DNA of 54,350 nt, filler included, from Sphacelaria rigidula (Eukaryota): assembly GCA_964200075.2 (NCBI GenBank). It is 4 parts of 4 records of this genome, joined end to end, with 100 filler letters (N's around TTAATTAATTAA, not from the genome) between each part and the next. Parts side by side here need not be neighbours in the genome. Positions count along the whole stretch, not along the records: positions 13,615 to 27,128 come from CAXNAA020002837.1; 3 more parts are not named here. One strand, 5' to 3'. The notes beneath the pieces are model-generated. The model was not told the origin of the DNA and searched no databases. It saw only the letters and a program-made list of their open reading frames with translations. Position 1 is the stretch's first letter; every line of letters starts with the position of its first letter. Shown piece by piece: positions 13,515 through 24,150 of the stretch. The translations under genes were made by a program, and so were the position numbers.

Positions 13515-13614
13515 NNNNNNNNNNNNNNNNNNNNNNNNNNNNNNNNNNNNNNNNNNNNTTAATTAATTAANNNNNNNNNNNNNNNNNNNNNNNNNNNNNN
13601 NNNNNNNNNNNNNN
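13515..13614. other. Artificial contig spacer (N44-TTAATTAATTAA-N44)
   Basis: Exactly 100 bp: 44 N, a 12-mer with stop codons in all six frames, 44 N. Identical to the other two spacers. Confidence 0.98.
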
Positions 13615-13690
13615 CGTGCTCCGTCCCGGCTTTGTAGGGATGAGGTCAATGGTCTATGACTATGGCATGCATGATCATGAGGACACCCTC
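13615..13690 (+). mobile_element. Fragment of the repeat family found at 44725-45395
   Basis: CGTGCTCCGTCCCGGCTTTGTAGGGATGAGGTCAATGGTCTATGACTATGGCATGCATGATCATGAG matches the minus strand of ~45110-45182. Confidence 0.8.
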
Positions 13691-16600
13691 AAAAACTCAC
13701 ATTTTCGATGTCGGGGCCTACATGTCTGGAATATTGTTTTACGCTACCCCCTGATCCAGCAGTGTTTTATCAGACAGTTTTGTTCGTGAGCCTTGCTTGA
13801 AAAAACAGTCAGGCCCATCATTATCGACACGATTTTCTTGGAGATCTCCGAATTTCTCAGTACTGTCAAGGTACGCGATGACTCTCAAACGCGTGCGAGC
13901 GCCACGGCGTGAACACACGCAGATAGCCGAAACGCTGCGTTGTAATCCGAATTGTTTTACTTTCCCCAAAAATGAAGCTCTGGAGACAAAATCAAGGGCA
14001 ACAGGGAGAAAAGGGTATACCCTGATGTTTCTGAAACAAAAAGGGTAGCACATTTTTCGATTTGGAGCGCGGCTCTGCACGCGGGCTAAACACCTCGAAA
14101 ACACGTTCCATCACCTCAGCCCCACGCACGAGGTGTCTGGGCCGCATGCCCGACCCTTTTTTTTCGTGTTCACACGTGATACTAGGCTTAACTACACCGC
14201 GGAAAATGAAAGCCTGTAATAGCACCCTTTTTTGTAAGCAACCCAGGAGGGTACACCCTGCTCTCCGCTTAAAAATCATATCTCGCCCTTTTTTGTTCAC
14301 GTGTGGACCCTTTCATGCTCAAGCGCATATCCTTCTTCGCTCTATTTTGTGAAGAGGTGACTGTTAGGACATGGCGATTTGAAGCTCATTTAGTCAACGC
14401 TTCGTAGCATGATGTTTTGTGTGTGATCAAGGCCAGACAGAACAGTGTCTTAGTACTGTCTTTGACATCTCGGTCTAAAGTGGGACGTATTTGGAAGCAA
14501 CCTTTATTTTTCGTTGCTACTCTTCTCCACTAACCGTTCTGTACGGTGTGTTGTTCCGTACTGTTTTGCTCGCAAACGGCACCTTGAACACCATCTTCTG
14601 GCTATACTCCTAGCGCAGGGTGTCTGCTCGCTTGGCTTAACTGCCACTAGTGCCGGCCTTCGCGACCACACAGAGAAGCGTCCAAGGACCTTTTCTTAAC
14701 AATTGATGAGCCTCGACTCTTCGCTGGGCGCGCACACGGAGCGAGCGGGTTCTGGGAGGAATCTCGAAATTTGGAGCAGCAGCTTCGGGTCACTAAGGGA
14801 TCTCTGCTTGAGAACAACGTGAGTTGAGTAAAACTAAGGGGGGCACTACATCTATGCTCGTCTGGCACTACAACAGTGTGGCACGACTCGGACACTGTGG
14901 GTACGTGAATTTTAGGAACTAGCGGCACAACAACGCGGTGGCCTCCTACAGTAGCACTGCAGCTGAAACGAAGCACTGCAATTTTCTGGGGACGACACAG
15001 ACCTGTGCTCGTCTGGCACTACAACAGCACGTCGCAGCGGAACTGAGTAGGGTGCGTGGTTTACTTTAGAAGGGCGACTCTACATCTGAGCGTTTCAAAC
15101 ACTACAGCTGTTGTGCGAAAACAGTGTTCGGATCTCTTTATGGGAAGACACTTGTACGTGTCTACTAATAAAGTGCACAGCCGTGGACATGGTGCAACAC
15201 TTAATACATCTGGTACCATTGTCTTCTGTCGACCCTGAGAAGTTGAGGGGCGGTGGGCATAGTTCCGGTAAGGAACCACTTTCCCAGCGGCAGGGGATCT
15301 TACCCCCTTTTCCCTCCATCTCCCTGCACCCCCCTTGGTGACTTTGAAGTTCAGCGGCGTCGAACGGGGCCGTTACTGCGATGGGAGACATATCTCCCGA
15401 CGATAGCACCTCTCAATTCTTCCTGTCACTCTCACTCCAAGTCGAACGGAATTGCCATGGCGGACAACGACAACAGCATCCAAGGGGTGCGGAAGCTCTG
15501 CCCACGATTCGACGGTAGAGACAAAGCGAGTGTCAGGGAGTAAAACGACAATCTCCGGGTTTCACTTTCTCTGCACCAGAAGGCGGTCGCAGATATCTTG
15601 CAGGGCCAGCCGAGACCCGGAACCACCCTAGTCGGCGACGATACACAGTCACGTGATGCGGTAGCCCTGACGGCATGGGACCATACTAACAATGACTTGT
15701 TCAGTGTGCTGTGTTTCAGCACAAATCTATCAGCACAAAACACCGTTAGACGACACATGGCGAAAACGTACGAGGGTGAGGTAGGCAACGGACAAGCGGT
15801 ATGGGCAATGCTGCAACAAAAGCACGACGGGAACAAAAAACAGGCCGGGAGGGAGTGCCACGAAAATTGCACCCTACCACGATGCAGTCCGGATATGATC
15901 CGGACGTTCTTTTCCTATATCATGGACGGCTACCGTGACCGTAGAAAGGAAATAGGTTAGCCGGAACCTGACGAATGCTTCGAGGATATTCTTCTCCGAG
16001 ACCTCTGCCGAGTACGAAAGGGTTTGAATTACCACTTGCGAGAAACAAGACTTTACATTAGCGGACATTCGACACATGGTCAGCACCATGTACGTCGACC
16101 ATCTTTCCCGCTCGAACGTCGCAAACTTGGTCACAGGTCGCAGCGTTGCCATGCAGGCAAGTGGAGGAAGTAACGGCGCAGAAGGAGTGACATGAAGTGC
16201 TTCTTCTGCGGGAAGCAAGGTCACTTGAAAAGAGACTGTGCCACTCGAAAAAAATCGGCCCAACTGGTGAACGGGGGAGATGTCAAGGCCAATCGGGGAG
16301 ATGGTAAACCACGGTGGTGTCTACTTTGCATGACCAGCGACGAAGAAGAATGCTGTATCCTACAGAAGCATACCAGTAGCGGGGGAGCAAATTCGGCGCA
16401 AAGATCAGGCCACCCGTGAGTTCGAAAACAAGGTAGCAGTCTCGTGCCATCTCCTTCAACGCCGTGGAAACGCAGAACACCAACAATCTCTCGAAAACAG
16501 ATCATCTCTGGCCGTTCGCCCCCACAAACGAAACAGTTGCTTCTTTTGACGGCAGCGGGCTATTCGAAGCATTCGGAGGGGCCGACGGCGAAGGGAATGG

Positions 16601-16764
16601 AGGGTCGGCCCTCATGAGTGATGAAGAACCACTCGAGGGACTGCGGCTTTGTGGCAGACTCAACAACGTGCTTCTGATGACCAGCCGGGCGTTGTCGACA
16701 GCATTCACTCTGCCTAGCTGATACCTGGTAGCTCATTTATCAACGTGTAACGCCGGACAATAAT

Positions 16765-16879
16765 AGCCAGCCTGAAATGTTTGGTGGAGCCAGCCTGAAA
16801 TGTTTGGTGGAGCCAGCCTGAAATGTTTGGTGGAGCCAGCCTGAAATGTTTGGTGGAGCCAGCCTGAAATGTTTGGTGG
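16765..16879 (+). repeat. Perfect 23-bp tandem repeat x5
   Basis: AGCCAGCCTGAAATGTTTGGTGG x5, identical, with no spacers, between the Copia gag and protease. Confidence 0.97.
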
Positions 16880-17236
16880 CATCACCGACGCGAAGGATGG
16901 GCTCGCTCCTACAGCGGGACCGGCCGTAGGAGAGCGGAACGGCGGCAACAACAGCACAGTCATTGTGATAGTGGGACGTGGGGCGTCGGGACACTACTTC
17001 GATGATTACATCATTCCCGAATTGAAATACAAACTACTCAACTATCAGGACCTTGTGGTACCGCGGACGATAACAGTCGCAGCAGGACACCAACTCGCGG
17101 GGGTCGGCCAAGGATTGCTGCGTGGGCATGTCATCGGAAACGAAGGTGTGCGACGCCTGATCCAAATCTCATGATGTTCAAACGTGCTTAGCTTGCGAGG
17201 AAATCTCTTCTCGGTGAAACAAGGGACGGGATGTGG

Positions 17237-17468
17237 AGAGTGATGCTCGGGGTGTTGGACTGGTCATTTTGTGAATCGGCATCATCTTTACTTGAAAAAG
17301 ACTGAAGATGTTGGCGATTCATGAAAAGGCCCCTGCGTGCAAGCACCATGTTTCTGGGAGTCCGATCCCCAGAGATTCGGATTGCACGGTAAGCCCCATA
17401 TATTTGTGCTCCCATAAGAAGGAGAGCCCCAGACACAAGGAGTGCAACCTCTACCGTAGCATTACTCT
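17237..17468 (+). mobile_element. MITE family C (TIR AGAGTRATGCTACGG..., 2-bp TSD GG)
   Basis: GG|AGAGTGATGCT...CCGTAGCATTACTCT|GG. Removing it plus one GG restores the Copia frame KQGTGCGVVS. Interior homologous to 25782-25995. Confidence 0.8.
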
Positions 17469-18378
17469 GGAGTTGTATCCACCGTCGACAAGGACACTCC
17501 ACGACTGGAGCCGAACAGGACGAAACGGGGACACCTCTTCTCTGTGAAACAAGAGACGCGAAAGAGAGTTGTATCCACCTTCGATAAGGACAATCCACGA
17601 TTGGAGATAAGCAATTTCACCGTCCCGCTACAGCAGCCGGAGAGCAACATCTAATTCTGCTCATTTGAACTCACCAGCGGTAGCGGCGCGCCTGGACTGG
17701 CAATGCGAGCCGCAAATATACTATGGTATCGGCGAACGGGACATCTGAATCGCGAAAGCTTGGATCTCCTGAAGAATGTTGATGACAACGGGGTGTACTT
17801 GGGTGAAACCGTACCTGATTGTGACGTTTGTGTTATTGGAGAAAGTCATCAACTCGCCGACAGCGATTTACCAACCTTTCCCTGGGGGGAATTGAAGCGC
17901 AGGAAACCCTATTTTGCAAACAGAGCACCACACTCTGCGCTAAGAATGCAATGTCCGCACAAGATGCTGCAGGGGAGGCAGCGGCATCTACGAGCTGGGC
18001 AAAATCTCATCGGCATAGACGAGTCGGGCCGTGACCCGCATCAAATCAAATGTATTATTAGTGTAAATGTCTCGCCGCTCCATACATTAATCAAATCAAT
18101 CGTGTCCGCTTTGGGCCCATACTTTATCCAAATGAAAATGATCTTTTTCGGAACATTATTTCTCACTTCCCAACCACAAGCACGCCGAAATATGGCCAGT
18201 AAGTAACGGAAAAAACGGACGTGACTGCATCGGAAAGACCCCTTCATCCCTTCAGCGTCACGGCATCGGGAAAAACGGGCTGTCACTACATCGGAAAAAC
18301 TCATTCGTTGTGTACCAAACGTTCTTGTGTCCAGGTGCCAACGTACCCTCTGTAATTCAGGAAAGCGGTTGCTCTCAA

Positions 18379-18723
18379 CCCTTATTAGACCGCGATGCGG
18401 GTAGTTCATCTGGATCATGCATACTTTTTTATATTATATTTATATATTTATTTAAGGTTCGTCTTAATATCAAATAGTTAAAAATTTCTTACTGCAAATT
18501 ACGTATATTAGAGCATAATTTATAAGTTTTTATTTTCCATATAATGTTTTATTTATTTAAGTTTTAGGGAATAATAGATTGAGCAGGTGACCTACCCTCC
18601 TGGCGGTCCAAGGGTCAATCCTTAGACCGCGGTGCGGGTAGTCCGTCTGGATCACGCATACGTTTTTCAAGTGAATATTGATGCCGATTCAGGAGGTGAC
18701 CTACCCTCGCGGTCAAACAAGGG
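18379..18723 (+). mobile_element. Two tandem family-B MITEs (18379-18614 with an AT-rich insert; 18619-18723)
   Basis: Both read (C/T)CCTTA..GACCGCG.TGCGGGTAGT...GGTGACCTACCCTC..GCGGTC..AAGGG. They are separated and flanked by TCAA/TCAA/TTAA. Confidence 0.85.
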
Positions 18724-18727
18724 TTAA

Positions 18728-20745
18728 CCCTGTTCAGGAAGCGAACAGTTTCCTCGGTGAACCAGTGAGTACTCATTGGTTCAATGGGTAAACTGTGCGC
18801 TTCAAGAACAAAAGATATGCGGTTCGACTCCCGGCGTGATTGGCTTTGAGGAAGGGATGAGTCAACAAAGGATCCTCATTTTCGGGGTTGATATCTAAAA
18901 GGAGGTGCAATAGTGGCGTATCTTTTTGCAGGGATGACGCGAAACAGATACACAGAGGGAAACCATATTTCCCCCCAATGTCTGCAGCAGTTAAGCGGTT
19001 GTGGCTACGTGTACCGAACGAATGCGGTGTGCACGCGTGTCGATGACCATATCACCAGAGAGAGGCAACGACAGAGAGGAAGCTCCTCGCCCGTGTCGTT
19101 TGTGTGTCCTCGCTCGGCGAGTACCAATCGCTCGAGAGACTGGCATCATACATGTTACCAGTATGTACCGAATTTCTCATGTGCCGGTAGGCATGCTTCA
19201 TTGCTGCACAGCTCCCCAAAGAACGTCGAGGTGCGGAGGGATCTCGTCTCTTCTTGTCTGTGGAGCTCACCAATGCAAATATCGATTTCTCTCTGCCCCT
19301 CTTTTTGGACAGGACGCGCCTCTGTGCGCTGCAGAACACGTCGTTGAATAACAGGGCGATGTTCCCGTCACCGCTACTGTTCTCTGTCACACACATGCCA
19401 GCAAGGACGGTGCTGCAGCAAGAAAAGATCCAATTTAAACTCGGGGGGTGTTCTTCATCATTGATCGAATTGTTGCTAGCGTGGCGCATGGGGGGGTGCC
19501 TCTATGCTGCAGTCTTGAGCATCCACCCACCCATTACGTGTGTCGCGGGGGCTTTCGATAATTCCCAAGTGAGGAGGGCATTCATTACAGGCTGGGGCGA
19601 TATTTGTTTCACGAGGAACAAGAGTGCTTTATGATCAACCGCTTGTCGTTGCATTTGACACTCACGCCATCAACCGCCGACCGCAAAGGTCTTGTGGCTT
19701 TCAAGAACGCTGTCGGCAGTACGGCAGGCAAACCCGATCATAGCTTACTTTCGTTGCTCTTCTGTACTGACTGTTGCCTGCACAGAGGTCACCGTAACAA
19801 CATGCATGCACCGAAAATCACAACAGCTGTAAAAAATAAACAGTTCGGTTTTCTCAACTACTTCCACACAATTTAGAGGACTCTCAAGACCTGAGGAAGG
19901 GTGGCTTTCCCGTCCCTCCGAAAGGTATTAAAGAGCGAGGATAGAGTTTTTGCAAGCGGACGTAACACTGACGGGGGCACAGAGAGATTATCCTTCATGA
20001 AAATCCGAGTTTTCCCACCTGAAAACAGTTTCATGCGCACTGTTTTCTGCTAAAAACGTTAAAATGTCGATTTCTGTTCAGTTCTGCACGGATGGCTTCA
20101 TGCCAATCCCAACAAAGTTTGGTATTGCTGTTCGACAGTATCTTCGCACGTTTGACCGGACCCAAAGCTCCACAGACAAGAAGAAACGAGATCCCTCCGC
20201 ACCTCGACGTTCTTTGGGGAGCTGTGCAGCAATGAAGCATGCCTACCGGCACATGAGAAATTCGGTACATACTGGTAACATGTATGATGCCAGTCTCTCG
20301 AGCGATTGGTACTCGCCGAGCGAGGACACACAAACGACACGGGCGAGGAGCTTCCTCTCTGTCGTTGCCCCTCTCTGGTGATATGGTCATCGACACGCGT
20401 GTACACCGCATTCGTTCGGTGCACGTAGCCACAACCACTTAACTGCTGCAGACATTGGGGGGAAATATGGTTTCCCTCTGTGTATCTGTTTCGCGTCATC
20501 CCTGCAAAAAGATACGCCACCATTGAACCTCCTTTTAGATATCAACCCCGAAAATGAGGATCCCCTGTGAGTATATGACATGTAAACAGTGAGGCTTGCG
20601 AGGAGTCAGGGGCCCCGGAGATCACCGATGTGTCATACCGCAAGGGACAACGCAGCATATCTTTAGTTCGTGACGCGAACAGTTTACCCATTGAACCAGT
20701 GAGCGCCCACTGGTTCAACGAGTATACTGTTCGCTTCCTGACCAC
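18728..20745. mobile_element. About 2-kb foldback-like element with long inverted repeats
   Basis: Inner arms 18870-19267 and 20166-20563 (398 bp each, about 7 mismatches by my count). Outer ~90-bp arms 18731-18820 and 20655-20745 are more diverged. Starts TTAA|CCCTG. Confidence 0.85.
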
Positions 20746-20746
20746 A

Positions 20747-20954
20747 CCCGTGGACCGCGATGCTGGTAGTTCATCTGGATCACGTGTACCTTTTTCAACT
20801 GAATATTGATGCCGATTCAGCAGGTGACCTACCCTCGCGGTCAAGAGATTAACAACCCTTTCACCGCGAGGGTAGGTCAGCAGTGGAATTGGCATCAATT
20901 TCACTTGAAAAAGAACGCGTGATCTGGATGGACTACCCGCATCACGGTATAAGG
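20747..20954. mobile_element. Two family-B MITEs in tail-to-tail orientation (20747-20848 +; 20856-20954 -)
   Basis: Same ~100-bp consensus as 18619-18723, with TTAA between them. Confidence 0.85.
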
Positions 20955-20975
20955 TTTATTCATGGATACAGCCTC

Positions 20976-21450
20976 GCCCCAGTGGCTCAGTCGGTAACCT
21001 CGAAACCTTCTGACGGTTGGGCCGTGGGTTCGAATCTTGGAGCGGTCTGGGATTTTTCTCACACAATGCCCAACAGTGGAGAGCGACTACAGTGTGTCGT
21101 GGGTACACAAAATTCGACTTAATCGTCGACGAGGGAAAGGGACTACTGAGCCCCTCTCGCGAGATAAAAAAAGGCAAGCGCCGCAGAACGAAGGTGGAGG
21201 ACTAGAACAAACGAAAAAACAACCTCCCCCGTGTTGGCCTTCCTCCTGTGTGACCCCGGCTGGTGCGCCCACATATACCGAAAGGTATAGACCGGCGTTC
21301 AGAATAGATGAGACGATAACACAGTGTTTGATAACCCCCCCGCCGTCTACGAAATGATTGATGTTCGCGGATATGGTGTTGTGGGGATTCCAAGAACAGC
21401 AGAAGGATTACAGAAACAGATAGAATGGGCGCTAGAATACACACACACAC
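20976..21450 (+). mobile_element. tRNA-derived SINE
   Basis: A box TGGCTCAGTCGG at 20983 (tRNA position 8 if the element starts at 20976), B box GGTTCGAATCT at 21027, (CA)n tail. TSD-like ATACAGCCTC (20966) / ATACAACCAC (21451). Confidence 0.85.
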
Positions 21451-22201
21451 ATACAACCACGGCTTATGCACTGCCTCATGGATGTCTCACCACTTGAAGA
21501 CCACGTAGAGCGCCAATTTCATGGTGAGGTGAATAAGACAATTAAAAAAAATGTCTCGCTTTTAATTTCCTTTGTTGCCCCTTATTCTTTGCGTGCTTCA
21601 CCAAGGAAGGTTTGAAATTTCCTCCCGAAAATCACCCATTTTGTCTCAATCCTCCCTTTGGATGCAATTGGCACAGTATAAGAACGGAGGATGAAATCGG
21701 AAGATGTTTTGAAATTGTTTTTGCACCCCACGACACGGGTTAGTTGATTCCGTTTGGATACCCAATGTAGAGGAGGTTCGCCAATAAACCGTTTTTTTCC
21801 ACAAAATTTCAAATATTTTCACCACATTACACACACGAAGTCATGGATAACTTGCTCGAGGTTTGGCGAAGAGATGGACTTCGAGGATAGACTACCTCAG
21901 CCTGAAAGAACCCGGGGCATTCGCAACCCCATGAAAAAAACCATCAGGGCGTGCAAACCCAGCGAAGAGACAAACCGAAGACCGTCACAATTGTACTTGA
22001 TGAAAGAGACATTTCCATTACTAATATGTCTTCAACTCTGTACAATCGGAGACTGGTAGGGGAGAGCGTATTCAGCGCCCCTCAAGAAGAAGACACTTCT
22101 GCGGACGTGCGGCTACGTAAGATCGGCTGCGGCCATCATCGGTTGTTTGACGAAGCCATGGAACACTTGGACTCAGCTAAAATGGAGGAACACACTATTG
22201 T

Positions 22202-24150
22202 CAGGTCCACGGCGCGTGTTCTCAACTGAATCGCCCAAGAAATACTAGAAATGGCCTTTGTTGGGACCTGTATACGATCGGCCCAAATACATGTTGCTGG
22301 AAAGGAGGCAAAACATTACACAAGGGTAGGTCGAGTAGAGTATACTCAACACTCAGTATTTTTGAAGAGTCGTACTTTTACTACTCAAAGTTTGAGTAGA
22401 GTATTTGAGGTCGTATTCAACCTACTCAATTATTCGAGTAGAGTATTTGAGATCGTGTTCAATCTACTCGAAATTTGAGTAGAGTATTGAGGTCATACTC
22501 AAGTGATACTCTATACTCAAGTATTACTGAGAGTGCTTACTCAATATTTGAGTGGAGTTTTGGAAGTCGTACTCGGCTTACTCAATATTTGAGTATGGAG
22601 TATTTTAGGCCGTACTCAACGTACTCAAAATTTGAGTAAAGTATTTGAGCCCGTACTCGACCTACTCAAATGTCGAGTAAAGTAAATACTTGAGTATTTT
22701 ACTCGAGTACTCAAAAGTACATACTCTATTCGACCTACCCTTGAAAAAATGGTCGTTTCGATACTAAACCGGCTGGTGAGATGGGGCGCTGAGGCAGGTA
22801 GGTTCATTCACCTGAACGCTTTTTCTATTTGTTTATGGCCATCATTCGCTTATACTCCTTGTTGACTGTGATGTAACGCCGCCCATCTAATTGGTGACCA
22901 TCGTTCGCCCATATATTCAACATAGTCTGTGAAGTGACGTCACGAAGTCGCCGACTGTAAGGGATACTCACCATACCCAAGGGGTACTCTATACTCAAGT
23001 ATAACTGAGAGTGCTCACTCAATATTTGAGTAGAGTGTTCGAGGTCGTACTCGATCTACTCAAAATTTGAGTAGAGTAGTTGAGACCATACTCAACCTAC
23101 TCAATTATTCGAGTAGAGTATTTGAAGCCGAACTCGACGTACTCAAAATTCTAGTAGAGTATCAAGGTAATACTCAAGTGATACTCTATACTCAAGTGTT
23201 ACTGAGGGTGCTTACTCAATATTTGAGTAGAGTAATTGAGACCATACTCAACCTACTCAAACTTTGAGTCGAGTATTTGAGGCCATACGCGACCTACTCA
23301 AAATTTGAGTTGAGTATTGAGGTCATACTCAAGTAATACCTTGTGCTCAAGTATTACACAGAGTGCTCAATCAGTATTTGAGTAGAGTATTTGAGGTCGT
23401 ACTCGACCTACTCGCAATTTGAGTACAGAGTATTTGAGGTCGTACTCGACCGACTCAAACATCGAGTAGAGTAAATACTTCAGTATTTTACTCGAGTACT
23501 CAAAAGTACATACTCTACTCGACCTACCCTTGAAACATTACGGACGGACGAAGCTATGTGTATTTGGGCCGATTGAATGCGGGTCCCAGTCAAATAAAAG
23601 CAGTACAAAGTTCGGCCAAGAGATGCGTCTGGCATATCCCAAACCGACATACCACAAGCTCTCATCAGGTCCACGGGGCGTCTTCTTAACTGATTTCTCT
23701 AATCAATGTTAGAAATGGCCCTTTGTGGGACCCGTATACGATCGGCCCAAATAACAAGTCGCTGGGAACGAAGGTCAACATTACGAGTGAACGAACCTAC
23801 GTGTATTTACGCCGATAGTATACAGGGCACAGGCGTCACATGATCTACAAAACCAGGCCTAGAGATGCGTCTGACCTGTCCTGCACCGACAGAGTCCAAG
23901 CTCTCATCAGGTCCAGGGCGCGTGCCCCCAACTGAATTTTTAAATCAATACTCGAAATGGCCGCAGTTGCGGTCTGTATAGAATTGGCCCAAATACATGT
24001 GCTGGAAAGGAAGAACAAAATTACGGGCGAACAAATCTATTCGCCTTTGGGCCGATTGCAATCGTCCCATATACATGTTGCTGGGAAGAAAGCACAACAA
24101 TTCGGGCGAACAAAGCTATGTGCGTTGGTGCCGATTGAATACAGGTCTCA
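22202..24150 (+). repeat. Diverged 242-bp tandem repeat, about 3 units; unit 1 split by the hAT element
   Basis: Units start CAGGTCCA at 22202, 23666 and 23908 and share GAAATGGCC, TATA..AT.GGCCCAAATA, GCTGG and GCCGAT; units 1 and 2 also share GAGATGCGTCTG and CAAGCTCTCAT. Unit 1 = 22202-22318 + 23541-23665 = 242 bp. Confidence 0.88.
22319..23532. mobile_element. hAT-type TACTC/GAGTA-rich MITE composite (8-bp TSD AAACATTA)
   Basis: TIR CAAGGGTAGGTCGAGTAGAGTA at 22321. Right ends TCGACCTACCCTTG at 22743 and again at 23532. AAACATTA at 22311-22318 and 23533-23540. Interior of TACTCAA/TTGAGTA repeats. Confidence 0.85.

Larger units (their letters stand above)
14780..17990 (+). mobile_element. 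Degenerate, 3'-truncated Ty1/Copia element (candidate 5' LTR, gag, PR, partial IN)
   Basis: Gag from ATG 15457 (PRFDGRDK, NNDLFSVLCFST, GNGQAVWAMLQQKHDG, FTLADIRHMVSTMY); knuckle CFFCGKQGHLKRDC (16192); protease VIVGRGASGHYFDD; NLFSVKQ; pre-integrase WYRRTGHLN..CDVC; integrase tail WGEL..ANRAPHSAL. The upstream region has internal repeats and AATAAA and ends ...TAATACA-TC-TGGTACCA (~15209), a candidate LTR/PBS. The left boundary is approximate. No RT/RH. Confidence 0.9.

Noticed and set aside
13559..13570. TTAATTAATTAA as a biological site (PacI site or piggyBac target)
   Set aside because: Embedded in symmetric N runs and repeated identically three times; it is an assembly linker.
16765..16879. 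CRISPR array
   Set aside because: Repeats are directly adjacent with no spacers, there are no cas genes, and the context is eukaryotic.
18770..18840. tRNA or Pol III gene (TGGTTCAATGG ... GGTTCGACTCC at tRNA-like spacing)
   Set aside because: No good cloverleaf; the A-box-like part is half of the terminal palindrome and the B box is absent from the mirrored copy.
18913..20523. Duplicated 140-aa protein genes on opposite strands
   Set aside because: They are translations of the two arms of the inverted repeat, open in several frames and without motifs.
20976..21048. Functional tRNA gene
   Set aside because: A and B boxes are present, but the acceptor and anticodon stems pair poorly and the sequence continues into a SINE body with a tail and TSD.
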